Counted from the stretch's first letter, positions 39,173 to 47,573 are shown. The stretch is 64,000 bases of DNA from Bacillota bacterium (GCA_023435025.1 JAEYSE010000022.1:2690-66689), one strand, 5' to 3'. Numbers and translations: made by a program. The notes: generated from the letters alone by a model not told the origin.

Positions 39173-39442
39173 ATGTTGCTCGCCAAAGTAACGGGCACGG
39201 TGGTCTCCACGATAAAACATCCGTCCCACCATGGCCAAAAGCTGCTGATGGTGCAGCCTATTGGCCTTGACGGGGGCGCGATTGGCGCGCGGCACATCGC
39301 GGTTGACGCCGCGGACGCGGGCGTAGGCGATACGGTGCTTGTCAACAACGACGGCGGCGCCGCGATTATGATACTCGAAGACAAGCGCGCAATCATCGAT
39401 ATGACCATCTGCGGCGTGATCGACCATGTGGACGTGGAGTAA
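39173..39442 (+). CDS. BMC-P vertex protein, EutN/CcmL family (paralog 3)
   Basis: 89 aa from the ATG at 39173, with AAGGAGG 6 nt upstream. MLLAKVTGTVVSTIKHPSHHGQKLLMVQP...AVDAADAGVGDTVLV...ICGVIDHVDV. I rejected the tracked upstream extension because it overlaps the preceding BMC-H gene. Confidence 0.88.
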   Translation: MLLAKVTGTVVSTIKHPSHHGQKLLMVQPIGLDGGAIGARHIAVDAADAGVGDTVLVNNDGGAAIMILEDKRAIIDMTICGVIDHVDVE

Positions 39443-39459
39443 GGAAAGGCGGAAAACGA

Positions 39460-40197
39460 GTGAAACCGGAAGCCATAGAGGCAATTATTCAGCAGGTGAC
39501 AAAAGAAGTGATGGCCGCGCTCAGTGTTGAACACAGCGAAGCCTCGGGCGCGGAAGTGGCCTGCACCATAGAGCATAGCGTGTTGAACCCCGACATGACG
39601 GAAGAGCGCATCAGAACGGCCTGCAATGAGGCTGCTGCGTGCGGGCTTGCGAACGTCTGCGTATCGCCGTACTTTGTGCCGCTGGCTGCGGAACTTTTAG
39701 CCGGAAGCGGCGTGAAGGTCTGCACGGTGGTGGGGTTCCCGCACGGCGCGGCATCCCGAAGGGCCAAGGAGGCGGAAGTGCGGGAAGCCATATTAAACGG
39801 CGCTCAGGAGCTGGACGTGGCGATGAACATACTCGCCATTAAAAGCGGCAAAAGCGACGAAGCGTTGCAGGAGCTTAAAGGCCTGGTGGAAATCGCCCGC
39901 GGCCGCGCCGACGTGAAGGCCATATACGAGCAGAGCCTTTATACGGAAGATGAAAAAAGAGAGGCGCTGCGTATCGCCATAGCCTCAGGCGCCGCGTATA
40001 TCAAGATTTCCAATGCTTTAAGCGGCAAAAAGGCGGAAGCGGAAGATGTACGCTTTGTGCGCGGCATTGTAGGCGAAGGCGTCAAAATCAAAATTGATGG
40101 CGGCATCAACGACGCGGCAAAAATCCAAGAGCTGCAGCAGGCAGGCGCGAACAGGTTTGGATGCAGCAAGTCTGTTCAGATCGTATGCGGGGCATAA
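39460..40197 (+). CDS. Divergent DeoC/LacD-family aldolase paralog with an encapsulation-peptide-like N-terminus
   Basis: 245 aa with a GTG start. The N-terminus (M)KPEAIEAIIQQVTKEVMAAL is amphipathic. The DeoC-like core has LDVAMN, VKAIYE, YIKISNAL (Lys retained but the KTSTG context changed) and IKIDGGI. Confidence 0.82.
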   Translation: MKPEAIEAIIQQVTKEVMAALSVEHSEASGAEVACTIEHSVLNPDMTEERIRTACNEAAACGLANVCVSPYFVPLAAELLAGSGVKVCTVVGFPHGAASRRAKEAEVREAILNGAQELDVAMNILAIKSGKSDEALQELKGLVEIARGRADVKAIYEQSLYTEDEKREALRIAIASGAAYIKISNALSGKKAEAEDVRFVRGIVGEGVKIKIDGGINDAAKIQELQQAGANRFGCSKSVQIVCGA

Positions 40198-40224
40198 CGC
40201 TTTTTGCAGGTCCATTCATGAACA

Positions 40225-40268
40225 AAAGACATCCCCAACCGTTGGCTGGGGATGTCTTTTTATTTTTC
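40225..40268. terminator. Bidirectional rho-independent terminator between the BMC operon and the convergent hydrolase gene
   Basis: A 13-bp stem AAAGACATCCCCA/TGGGGATGTCTTT, followed by TTTTATTTTT on the plus strand and preceded by an A-run that serves the minus strand. Confidence 0.75.
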
Positions 40269-41486
40269 GGCACCCGCGATACGGGCAACCTCCTGTACAA
40301 ATCGATCGCTTTCGTTGATCCATGGGCTATGGCCGGAATGTTCAAACCATACAATCTCCTTGTAAGGCGCGCTCATCGAATAAAAATACTCCTCCGCCAG
40401 AGAGACGGGCGCGTTTATATCATGTTTTCCCAGGAATAAATACACCGGCACCTGCAGCGTGCTGTAGTCTTTCTGCAAATCAACGGAGTACAGCTGCGGA
40501 TATACGTGATTGAACGTATTGACGATACCTCTTATAAAGTTGACCGCATCAAAAACACCATACTCTTGCGCGGCCAGGTCGCGCAGGGTATTGTATCCGG
40601 CATTTTGTATTTCGGGGTTGCGCGCCATAACGCCGCTGAGGTAATTAAGGTATGCGGCGCTTTTCCATGTCACGTCTTTTCCGTAATAGGGAGGCGGGCC
40701 GTTCTTCTTGAGCGTTTCCACCAGAGCCTCCTCCCCCGCCTTTTTGGCAAGCTCCATTGTCAGATCATAATCAATGATCTCCGTTTCCAGAAAATCCACC
40801 ATTTGCCCCGTTCCAATAACGGCATGGTACAGCTCGGGATACCGTTCCACGAGGAATATGCCAAGCGCGCTCCCCCAGGACTCTCCAACCAGATATATCT
40901 TTTCCTGCCCGAATTCATTGCACAGGTATTTTGTCAGCGCATGGCCGTCTTCGATATAGGTTTCAGGCGTCAGATCTCGGCGAGATATGGCCGAATAGGA
41001 TTTGCCGGACCCCGGCTGATCCCAGTTCACAACAACAAAATGCTTTTCCAGCTCCTTTAAGTCATGACGGACCGCAGCCATTTGGGTGCCGCCCGGCCCG
41101 CCCGCCAAAAACAGCAGGACCGGATTGTTGACATTATGAGAACGGATGCTGATCCATTCCCTGCGTCCATTTAAATCCACCTGCTTTAGTTCCGCAATGC
41201 TCCCGCTTATCAAGTTTCCCTGATCGTCCCTTATGGCTGGCGTAGACGCGGCCCATTGGGTAAACGCGGTAAACAGAACGCTTGCCGCAAAGCATGAAGC
41301 AAGCAGAATGCCCGTATGTTTTATGCGCATCATCGTCTTACTTTTGTCCGAATGTTTAAACGACCGGGCAAAAAGCACGACGGTGTTGATGATAAGCAAA
41401 AGCACAAGCAGCAGGCAAAGTGTAAGCAGTATTCCCAAAAGTACAATCCTCCACATAGGTTCTCCCCCGCAAATTAATTTGACCAT
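40260..41486 (-). CDS. Alpha/beta hydrolase (prolyl-aminopeptidase/S33-like) with an N-terminal membrane anchor
   Basis: 408 aa with an N-terminal TM helix. Shows LFLAGGPGG, DQPGSGKS and the nucleophile elbow GESWGS. Confidence 0.85.
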   Translation of the reverse strand: MVKLICGGEPMWRIVLLGILLTLCLLLVLLLIINTVVLFARSFKHSDKSKTMMRIKHTGILLASCFAASVLFTAFTQWAASTPAIRDDQGNLISGSIAELKQVDLNGRREWISIRSHNVNNPVLLFLAGGPGGTQMAAVRHDLKELEKHFVVVNWDQPGSGKSYSAISRRDLTPETYIEDGHALTKYLCNEFGQEKIYLVGESWGSALGIFLVERYPELYHAVIGTGQMVDFLETEIIDYDLTMELAKKAGEEALVETLKKNGPPPYYGKDVTWKSAAYLNYLSGVMARNPEIQNAGYNTLRDLAAQEYGVFDAVNFIRGIVNTFNHVYPQLYSVDLQKDYSTLQVPVYLFLGKHDINAPVSLAEEYFYSMSAPYKEIVWFEHSGHSPWINESDRFVQEVARIAGAEK

Positions 41487-41564
41487 CGTTCAATTCCGCA
41501 GTATAACATATAGTTGAACGATGGTCAACTTATGTTATACTAATGAAGAAAAGGTGGTGAGTCT

Positions 41565-42179
41565 ATGGACAAACGAACAAGAATACTTGATGCGCTGCAG
41601 GAATTGCTGCATGAAGGCAGGGCGGGAACGGCGTCCGTCATGGATATCGCCAAAAAAGCGGGTATCGCCAAGGGCGGCATGTATTACTACTTTAAAAGCA
41701 AAGAGGAAGCGTTGGATGCGCTTGCCCGGCGGCAATATGTGAATGTGATACAGACGTGCAAGCAGGCGCTCGCCGGGGCGGAGGGAGACGCCATTACAAA
41801 GCTGAAACTCCTGCTTAACGTGTACCGAAATACGGCGGTGGATTCCACCGTGGATCAATTTTTGCATCAGACGCAAAACGCCGCCATCCATCAAAAATCA
41901 ATGGCGGATATCGTTTATGGGCTTTCCCCGCTTATTGCCGAACTCTTCGAGCAAGGGAGCCGTGAAAAAACATTTGTGTGCGAAAATCCCGCCGCGTACG
42001 CCGAAATTCTGCTTAGTGTGCTGGTTTTCCTGCTTGACCCCGGTATTTTTGAATGGACACACGAGCAAGTAACGGAAAAACTCAAATCCCTGGCGGATTT
42101 TTTGGAAAAGGGGCTTTGCGCAAAAAAGGACAGCTTCTCCTTTTTATACGAGAACTGGACGGGCCAAAGGCTTATGTAG
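41565..42179 (+). CDS. TetR/AcrR family transcriptional regulator
   Basis: 204 aa. The N-terminal HTH is RILDALQELLHEGRAGTASVMDIAKKAGIAKGGMYYYFKSKEE. Confidence 0.9.
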   Translation: MDKRTRILDALQELLHEGRAGTASVMDIAKKAGIAKGGMYYYFKSKEEALDALARRQYVNVIQTCKQALAGAEGDAITKLKLLLNVYRNTAVDSTVDQFLHQTQNAAIHQKSMADIVYGLSPLIAELFEQGSREKTFVCENPAAYAEILLSVLVFLLDPGIFEWTHEQVTEKLKSLADFLEKGLCAKKDSFSFLYENWTGQRLM

Positions 42180-42214
42180 CTCCAAGATATAAACATTGAA
42201 AAGAGGAACGCGAA

Positions 42215-42580
42215 ATGAAAAAGTTATATTTGTTTGCGCTCGCCTGTGTCCTGATACTTGCCGCAGGCTGCCAGAAACAGGACTTTGCGGGCAGCCGCAC
42301 GGCCAATGATACGCAATTCCTATTGGAGTATTCCATCTTAAATAAAACAGAGACGCACGAAATGGACTTAAAACAGGGAACGATGGTGCGTGTCGAAATT
42401 GAAAGCCAGTCCGGCCGCATAGACGTCGTTGTAACGGATAAAAACGGTGAGGAAATTTATAAAGGGAACGGTGCTTCCTCGGGGAGTTTTTCGCTTGAGA
42501 TACCGCAAACAGACACGTATCGGTTTTCCGTTGCGGGAAGCAATGCAAAAGGTAGCGTCAGTTTTACCGTTGAAGAATAA
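42215..42580 (+). CDS. Hypothetical lipoprotein
   Basis: 121 aa. Signal peptide plus lipobox (LAAGC), then a beta-rich small domain. RBS GAGGAA lies upstream. Confidence 0.7.
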   Translation: MKKLYLFALACVLILAAGCQKQDFAGSRTANDTQFLLEYSILNKTETHEMDLKQGTMVRVEIESQSGRIDVVVTDKNGEEIYKGNGASSGSFSLEIPQTDTYRFSVAGSNAKGSVSFTVEE

Positions 42581-42728
42581 GCCGGAAATCGGGCTTACAG
42601 GTTCATTATAGGACCGCTCCGATCAAAAATTTTTTTATTCGCGCGAAGAGGTCGCCGAATATGATAAGAGTAAGAGGCCCCGTTAAATTAAACGGAAACG
42701 CGCGAAATGGAATTGGAGCAAGACGATC

Positions 42729-42938
42729 ATGAATATTAAATTTGAGAATAGATGCGGCTGCATAGACATTGGGAATCGGGGGGGCTGCATAGATATTTTT
42801 GTACCGGATGAACGCGATAAGGAAGTATTCAGAGAAAAAGACCGTTTGAGTAAGTTCTTTATCGAAGCACCGAAAGCGTGTATTAAAGTTGCGGTTATTG
42901 GGGGCAAACCAGAAGGCGAGGTCATTATTAAAGTTTAA
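42729..42938 (+). CDS. Hypothetical small protein (69 aa) with an internal CGCIDIGN / GGCIDIF repeat
   Basis: An ORF only, with no recognisable family. Coding status is uncertain. Confidence 0.3.
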   Translation: MNIKFENRCGCIDIGNRGGCIDIFVPDERDKEVFREKDRLSKFFIEAPKACIKVAVIGGKPEGEVIIKV

Positions 42939-43109
42939 GAGCAGGAAGGGTTTTCAATCATAACCAATGCCCTTTTGGGTTAAGAATACCGCCGAACGTT
43001 TTCGGCGGTATTTTCTTTGACACAATGCCCAATTCTCTATCCCCGATCCGTTCATTTTTCTGCTTACGCGTCATAAAAATCAATAAACACCAAAAGGAAG
43101 TGAACGCAT

Positions 43110-44252
43110 TTGAATGAATATACCGTGCAACCCGGCGATACGCTGTATTCCATCGCGCGGTTATTTAATATGCCCACAGAGCGTTTGCGCTCCCTTAATC
43201 CGGAAATAGCGGACACGGACATCCTTTTTGTTGGGCAGACGCTGCGTATTCCAGACGTCGGACTGGTCCGACCCGTGATTGAAGTGAATGGCTATATTTA
43301 TCCGGTTGAAAACCCTCTTCAATGGATCGGAATATTCCCCTACCTTACTTATCTAAGCATATTCGGCCATGAAATCCGCCCCTGCGGCATGCTCGCTGTC
43401 CCCGACAGTATGCCGCTGATTCTGGCGGCACGTCAGGCCGGCGTTGCGCCGTTGATGGTGATAACCAATACGGTGGATGGCGTTTACTCCGGCGAATTGC
43501 TGCACGGCATCCTTTCCGACCCCCAAGCGCAGCAGACGCTGATCCAAAACAGCATCCAAGTCGCCCAAGCATACGGCTATTATGGGGTGAATTTCGGGTT
43601 TGAGTACGTTTTTCCGGAGGATTACGCAGCCTACGCTTCATTTTTGGAGATGGCCTCCAACCAGCTGCACGCGCTCGGGTTGATTATCGTCGCCTCCATC
43701 CGGCTGGTTGTGATATTGCCGGAGCCGCCTTCCCTGTCCGAAGCTCTCGCCCATTACAGCCGCATACTCGATCGCTATATCATTACCCCTGCGGATATCG
43801 TATGCTCCACGTACCGCGAACCCATAGATGTTATCCAACAAGGGCTTGATTATGTGACCCAGTACTTTTCCAACCCTAAAATATTGTTGGGCATTCCAAC
43901 CTGCTGTTACGAATGGGACGTACCCTATTCGCCCGGCAATGAATACCGCATGCTCTCCCCCGGCCAGGTGGACGAAATCACCCGACTAAGCGGCGCGTAT
44001 CCCGAGATAGACCCGAATACGCAGATGACTTACTTTCGCATACTGGAAGATGGAAACCTGACGCGCGTAATTATGTGCGCCTCCGCGCCCAGCCTGGCGG
44101 TAACGGAACTGGTACGGGTTTACAACCTGGGCGGCGTCAGCTTCCGCCCCCTGAACCTCTTCAATCTCGCAAGCTACCAGGTGATTCACGTGCGAAACGA
44201 TATTCGCAAGGTGCTGCCGTCGAGTGATATATCAAACAGTCGATACTTCTAA
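43110..44252 (+). CDS. LysM-domain plus GH18-like (YaaH/spore cortex hydrolase-type) protein
   Basis: 380 aa with a TTG start and AAGGAAG upstream. The N-terminal LysM is YTVQPGDTLYSIARLFNMPTERLRSLNPEI..LFVGQTLRIP. A GH18-like barrel pattern follows (YGYYGVNFGFEYV). Confidence 0.78.
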   Translation: MNEYTVQPGDTLYSIARLFNMPTERLRSLNPEIADTDILFVGQTLRIPDVGLVRPVIEVNGYIYPVENPLQWIGIFPYLTYLSIFGHEIRPCGMLAVPDSMPLILAARQAGVAPLMVITNTVDGVYSGELLHGILSDPQAQQTLIQNSIQVAQAYGYYGVNFGFEYVFPEDYAAYASFLEMASNQLHALGLIIVASIRLVVILPEPPSLSEALAHYSRILDRYIITPADIVCSTYREPIDVIQQGLDYVTQYFSNPKILLGIPTCCYEWDVPYSPGNEYRMLSPGQVDEITRLSGAYPEIDPNTQMTYFRILEDGNLTRVIMCASAPSLAVTELVRVYNLGGVSFRPLNLFNLASYQVIHVRNDIRKVLPSSDISNSRYF

Positions 44253-44336
44253 AATTCTGTAACCCGACCCTTTTCAGGCACATCAGATAGGCCCGCAGGA
44301 CATTCATCCCGCGGGCCCTCTTTTCATCCACAAATA

Positions 44337-44645
44337 TCATTTTGTAACGGACGGCAAACTGTCCAGATTGTTATCTTCCCTTTCATCGGGGAGGGATTTT
44401 AAATACTCGTTTCCTTTTCGCGTCGCTACCCCAACGCCCTGAATGCCTCCCTGCTTGGCGAGCGCTACGCCCTCTTCTTTATTCAGTGTCCGGCCATCCG
44501 AAAGCTGATAGCCGGTGACGCGGCCATCCTCCTTGACCAGTGCCGTGATCTCTTTGGCGTCCGCATTGGGTGTTGGGATATCCTTCAAGGCCATCATCGG
44601 CAGCTTTGATGCATCATTCTCCATTTGCTTTTCCTCCTTGGCCAA
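44337..44645 (-). CDS. DUF3892-like small protein
   Basis: 102 aa. ITALVKEDGRVTGYQLSDGRTLNKEEGVALAKQGGIQGVGVATRKGNEYLKSLPDEREDNNLDSLP resembles the DUF3892 pattern as I remember it. Confidence 0.55.
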   Translation of the reverse strand: MAKEEKQMENDASKLPMMALKDIPTPNADAKEITALVKEDGRVTGYQLSDGRTLNKEEGVALAKQGGIQGVGVATRKGNEYLKSLPDEREDNNLDSLPSVTK

Positions 44646-44742
44646 ATAAAAATTGTGCCACTTGCTTCAAGAATAGTCTGCCAATAAGGAGGGAAGGATA
44701 TTCCGGTTTAAACGAGTGGCGAAGAGCATTGAAATATTTGCT

Positions 44743-45804
44743 TTATGAAATACTTTGCAGGCCCGATTTCATAGCCAGACATCTCAGAAACGGATGGTAC
44801 ATGGCCGGGGATTTTAAGTTTTTGATGAGCAAATTCAACCTGATATCCGTTACCTTCCGTTTATATCTGTCCATAAACCCGTCTACTCCCTCCTCAAGAC
44901 ACTGGGCCAGGTATAAAGAGCTTTTTAGTGCATAACTGATCCCTTCTGCAGAGCTGGGGCTTATCGCTCCGGCAGCTTCCCCAATAAGGGCTATACCACC
45001 GCTCCCTGCACAAAACTGTGATGCCTTCCTGGGCCTATGAATGAACGCGCCCTCAGTTTTGACCTTATGCTCAAAGCTGAAGCCCAATTGCACCAGTTTC
45101 GTCTTCAGAATATCGAACTTTTCACGGGCGTTCGCCTCATGGTTAAGGGCAGCCCCCAACAGCACATGTTTTTCCTTAGGTATGATCCAGGAATAAAAAT
45201 CACTGATTTCCTCATCGAAAATCGCCGTAAAATACGGCATATGATACGGGTATTCAAACCATTCCTGAATGGAAATATACTTTTCAGGGATATTGTTAGC
45301 TTCGCCTATGGACTTGCGCACCTTGGAATTTGCGCCGTCAGCGCCTACGATTATCCTTGTTTTTACTGCTGTCTCATGTCCGTTATCAACATAACGAACT
45401 TCATATCCCCCCGTTATTTCAGCAGAGTTTTTAAAAAAGGAGTTGAACCTTTTGTCAACATCCGCTGGTATCAGGGAGACCAGCCACCTGTCAAACTTTT
45501 CCCTGTCCATATTGAAATAAAATCTCTGGTATCTTCTTTCAAGATGATTGGTAAGATCAATGGCTCTTACGGCAAAAAGCTGCGGGTCCACCAGAATATC
45601 TTTTGGCAGCCACAAACCCAACTTTGCAATCATTTTCTGGGCGTCAGGGGCCAATAGCCCTCCGCAGCATTTATTTGTGAGGTTTTGGGGGTTCTCATTC
45701 CCCAGATCCCGTTTGTCAATTAATAGTACCTTGTACTGATTGGCAATTAACCGCGCCAGGTTAGCCCCTGCAGGGCCCGATCCTACAATAACAACATCAT
45801 ACAT
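44743..45804 (-). CDS. FAD-dependent oxidoreductase (geranylgeranyl reductase-like family)
   Basis: I chose the start at MYDVVIVGSGPAGANLA (GxGxxG dinucleotide fold), which has GAGGTGG upstream. The tracked ORF extends to 45870. Confidence 0.85.
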   Translation of the reverse strand: MYDVVIVGSGPAGANLARLIANQYKVLLIDKRDLGNENPQNLTNKCCGGLLAPDAQKMIAKLGLWLPKDILVDPQLFAVRAIDLTNHLERRYQRFYFNMDREKFDRWLVSLIPADVDKRFNSFFKNSAEITGGYEVRYVDNGHETAVKTRIIVGADGANSKVRKSIGEANNIPEKYISIQEWFEYPYHMPYFTAIFDEEISDFYSWIIPKEKHVLLGAALNHEANAREKFDILKTKLVQLGFSFEHKVKTEGAFIHRPRKASQFCAGSGGIALIGEAAGAISPSSAEGISYALKSSLYLAQCLEEGVDGFMDRYKRKVTDIRLNLLIKNLKSPAMYHPFLRCLAMKSGLQSIS

Positions 45805-46134
45805 CGTCCACCTCATATGCCCGCTTTTCATACTTTGGAGACTCCTCTTGGCGGTATCATAGAATATCATATGCAGCTTGTCAACGAAAATTTATTGTTT
45901 TTCAATAAATTTTTATTGTTTTTCAGGATGAATCTCAGCCATCTTATGTGAAACATGATGCGCTATACACAGCCGAAAACCGCCGCACAGAAGCTTTCAA
46001 AGGAGACCGCTTCCGAGCCGCGCTGCGTTGCAAAATTTTTTATATGGTTTTATACAAACAGCTTGACTTAGAGTCCACTCTAACTGCTAGACTGAAAGAA
46101 ATCCTACGGAAATTATTTTCATTAGGAGGGCAAA

Positions 46135-47097
46135 ATGGAATATTCAAAACTCGGAAACTCAGAGCTTCAGGTATCGCGTCTTTGTGTAGGCTGCATGAGC
46201 TATGGCGATCCGGCAAGCAATATGCACGCGTGGACGTTGAGCGCGGAAGAAAGCGAGGCACTGGTCAAGCGCGCGCTTGATCTCGGGATCAATTTCTTTG
46301 ATACCGCCAATATCTATTCGGCAGGCACCAGCGAGGAGTATCTCGGCCGCGCGATCAAAAACAATATTGCGCGCGACAAGGTCGTCCTGGCGACGAAAGT
46401 CTATTTCAACGAGGGCCATCTCTCAAAACAGGCAATCCTGCGCGAAATCGACGGTTCTCTGAAACGGCTGGGCACGGATTACGTGGACCTCTACATCATT
46501 CACCGCTTCGATGCCGGCACCCCGATTGAGGAAACGATGGAAGCGCTTAACAGCCTTGTCAAGGCGGGTAAGGTACGCGCGCTGGGCGCTTCCGCCATGT
46601 ATGGCTACCAGTTTTACAACATGCAGCTTGCGGCCCAAAGGAATGGCTGGACACCGTTTGTCTCCATGCAGAACCACTACAACCTGCTCTACCGGGAGGA
46701 CGAGCGCGAGCTGATCCCTATCTGCAAACAGCAGAATGTTGCCCGTACGCCTTACAGCCCTCTGGCTGCGGGCAGGCTTTCCCGCCTTGAATGGCATACG
46801 GATACAAAACGCAGCCAGACCGACAAGGCGGCGGTTACAAAGTACGACAGCACGCAGGAGACCGACTATGCCATTGTGCTTCGCGTAAATGAGCTTGCGC
46901 AAAAATATGGCGCCACCATGACGCAGATTGCCCTTGCGTGGCAGTTCTCTAAGGGGGTAACGTCTCCCATCGTCGGCGCAACCAAGGCAAAGTATTTTGA
47001 TGACGCCATCGGCGCTTTTCACGTGAAACTTACCGAGGAAGACGTCACGTACCTTGAGGAGCCGTATGTTCCGCATAAGGTCGTTGGCGCTCGTTAA
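46135..47097 (+). CDS. Aldo/keto reductase
   Basis: 320 aa. MEYSKLGNSELQVSRLCVGCMSYG..., FFDTANIYSAGTSEEYLG and DLYIIHRFD are typical AKR blocks. Confidence 0.92.
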   Translation: MEYSKLGNSELQVSRLCVGCMSYGDPASNMHAWTLSAEESEALVKRALDLGINFFDTANIYSAGTSEEYLGRAIKNNIARDKVVLATKVYFNEGHLSKQAILREIDGSLKRLGTDYVDLYIIHRFDAGTPIEETMEALNSLVKAGKVRALGASAMYGYQFYNMQLAAQRNGWTPFVSMQNHYNLLYREDERELIPICKQQNVARTPYSPLAAGRLSRLEWHTDTKRSQTDKAAVTKYDSTQETDYAIVLRVNELAQKYGATMTQIALAWQFSKGVTSPIVGATKAKYFDDAIGAFHVKLTEEDVTYLEEPYVPHKVVGAR

Positions 47098-47296
47098 CAA
47101 TCAACTACCGTTTATCTTGATCCACGCAAAAAGCCCGCAGATGCGGGCTTTTTATATCCGCTTCATGTCAGCAAAGCAGTCTTTATACAGGGAGGTTCTC
47201 CGAACAGCTGCAATCCGGTCAGGGTTGCGTAAGGTTTACGCATGCGATAGAGTGTATCATGAAAAACAAAACAGCATATACGCGGAGGAAACATTC

Positions 47297-47494
47297 ATGG
47301 ATCAGTTTGCGAAAGAAGATTTGGAAGAAGCGCTCCGGGCTATCAATTCCACGATTAGCAAATGTGAGAAAGTGCAGCCAAAGTTGAAACAAGGTTCCGC
47401 TCAGCATACGCTGCTCGTACGCAGAATTAAGGCGCTTCAGATAGCGTCGTCATTGATCAAACAAGCGCTGGATGGTCCATCAAAACATGAATGA
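47297..47494 (+). CDS. Small conserved-looking hypothetical protein (65 aa)
   Basis: MDQFAKEDLEEALRAINSTISKCEKVQPKLKQGSAQHTLLVRRIKALQIASSLI is a helical protein with GGAGGAA upstream. I recall similar small Firmicute proteins but cannot name the family. Confidence 0.5.
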   Translation: MDQFAKEDLEEALRAINSTISKCEKVQPKLKQGSAQHTLLVRRIKALQIASSLIKQALDGPSKHE

Positions 47495-47573
47495 CCGCTA
47501 TTTAAGAAGACCGGCCAAATGGAGAGGGCGTATATCCTTCAGGATACAATCACACGCATCGTACGCTGCGGCT

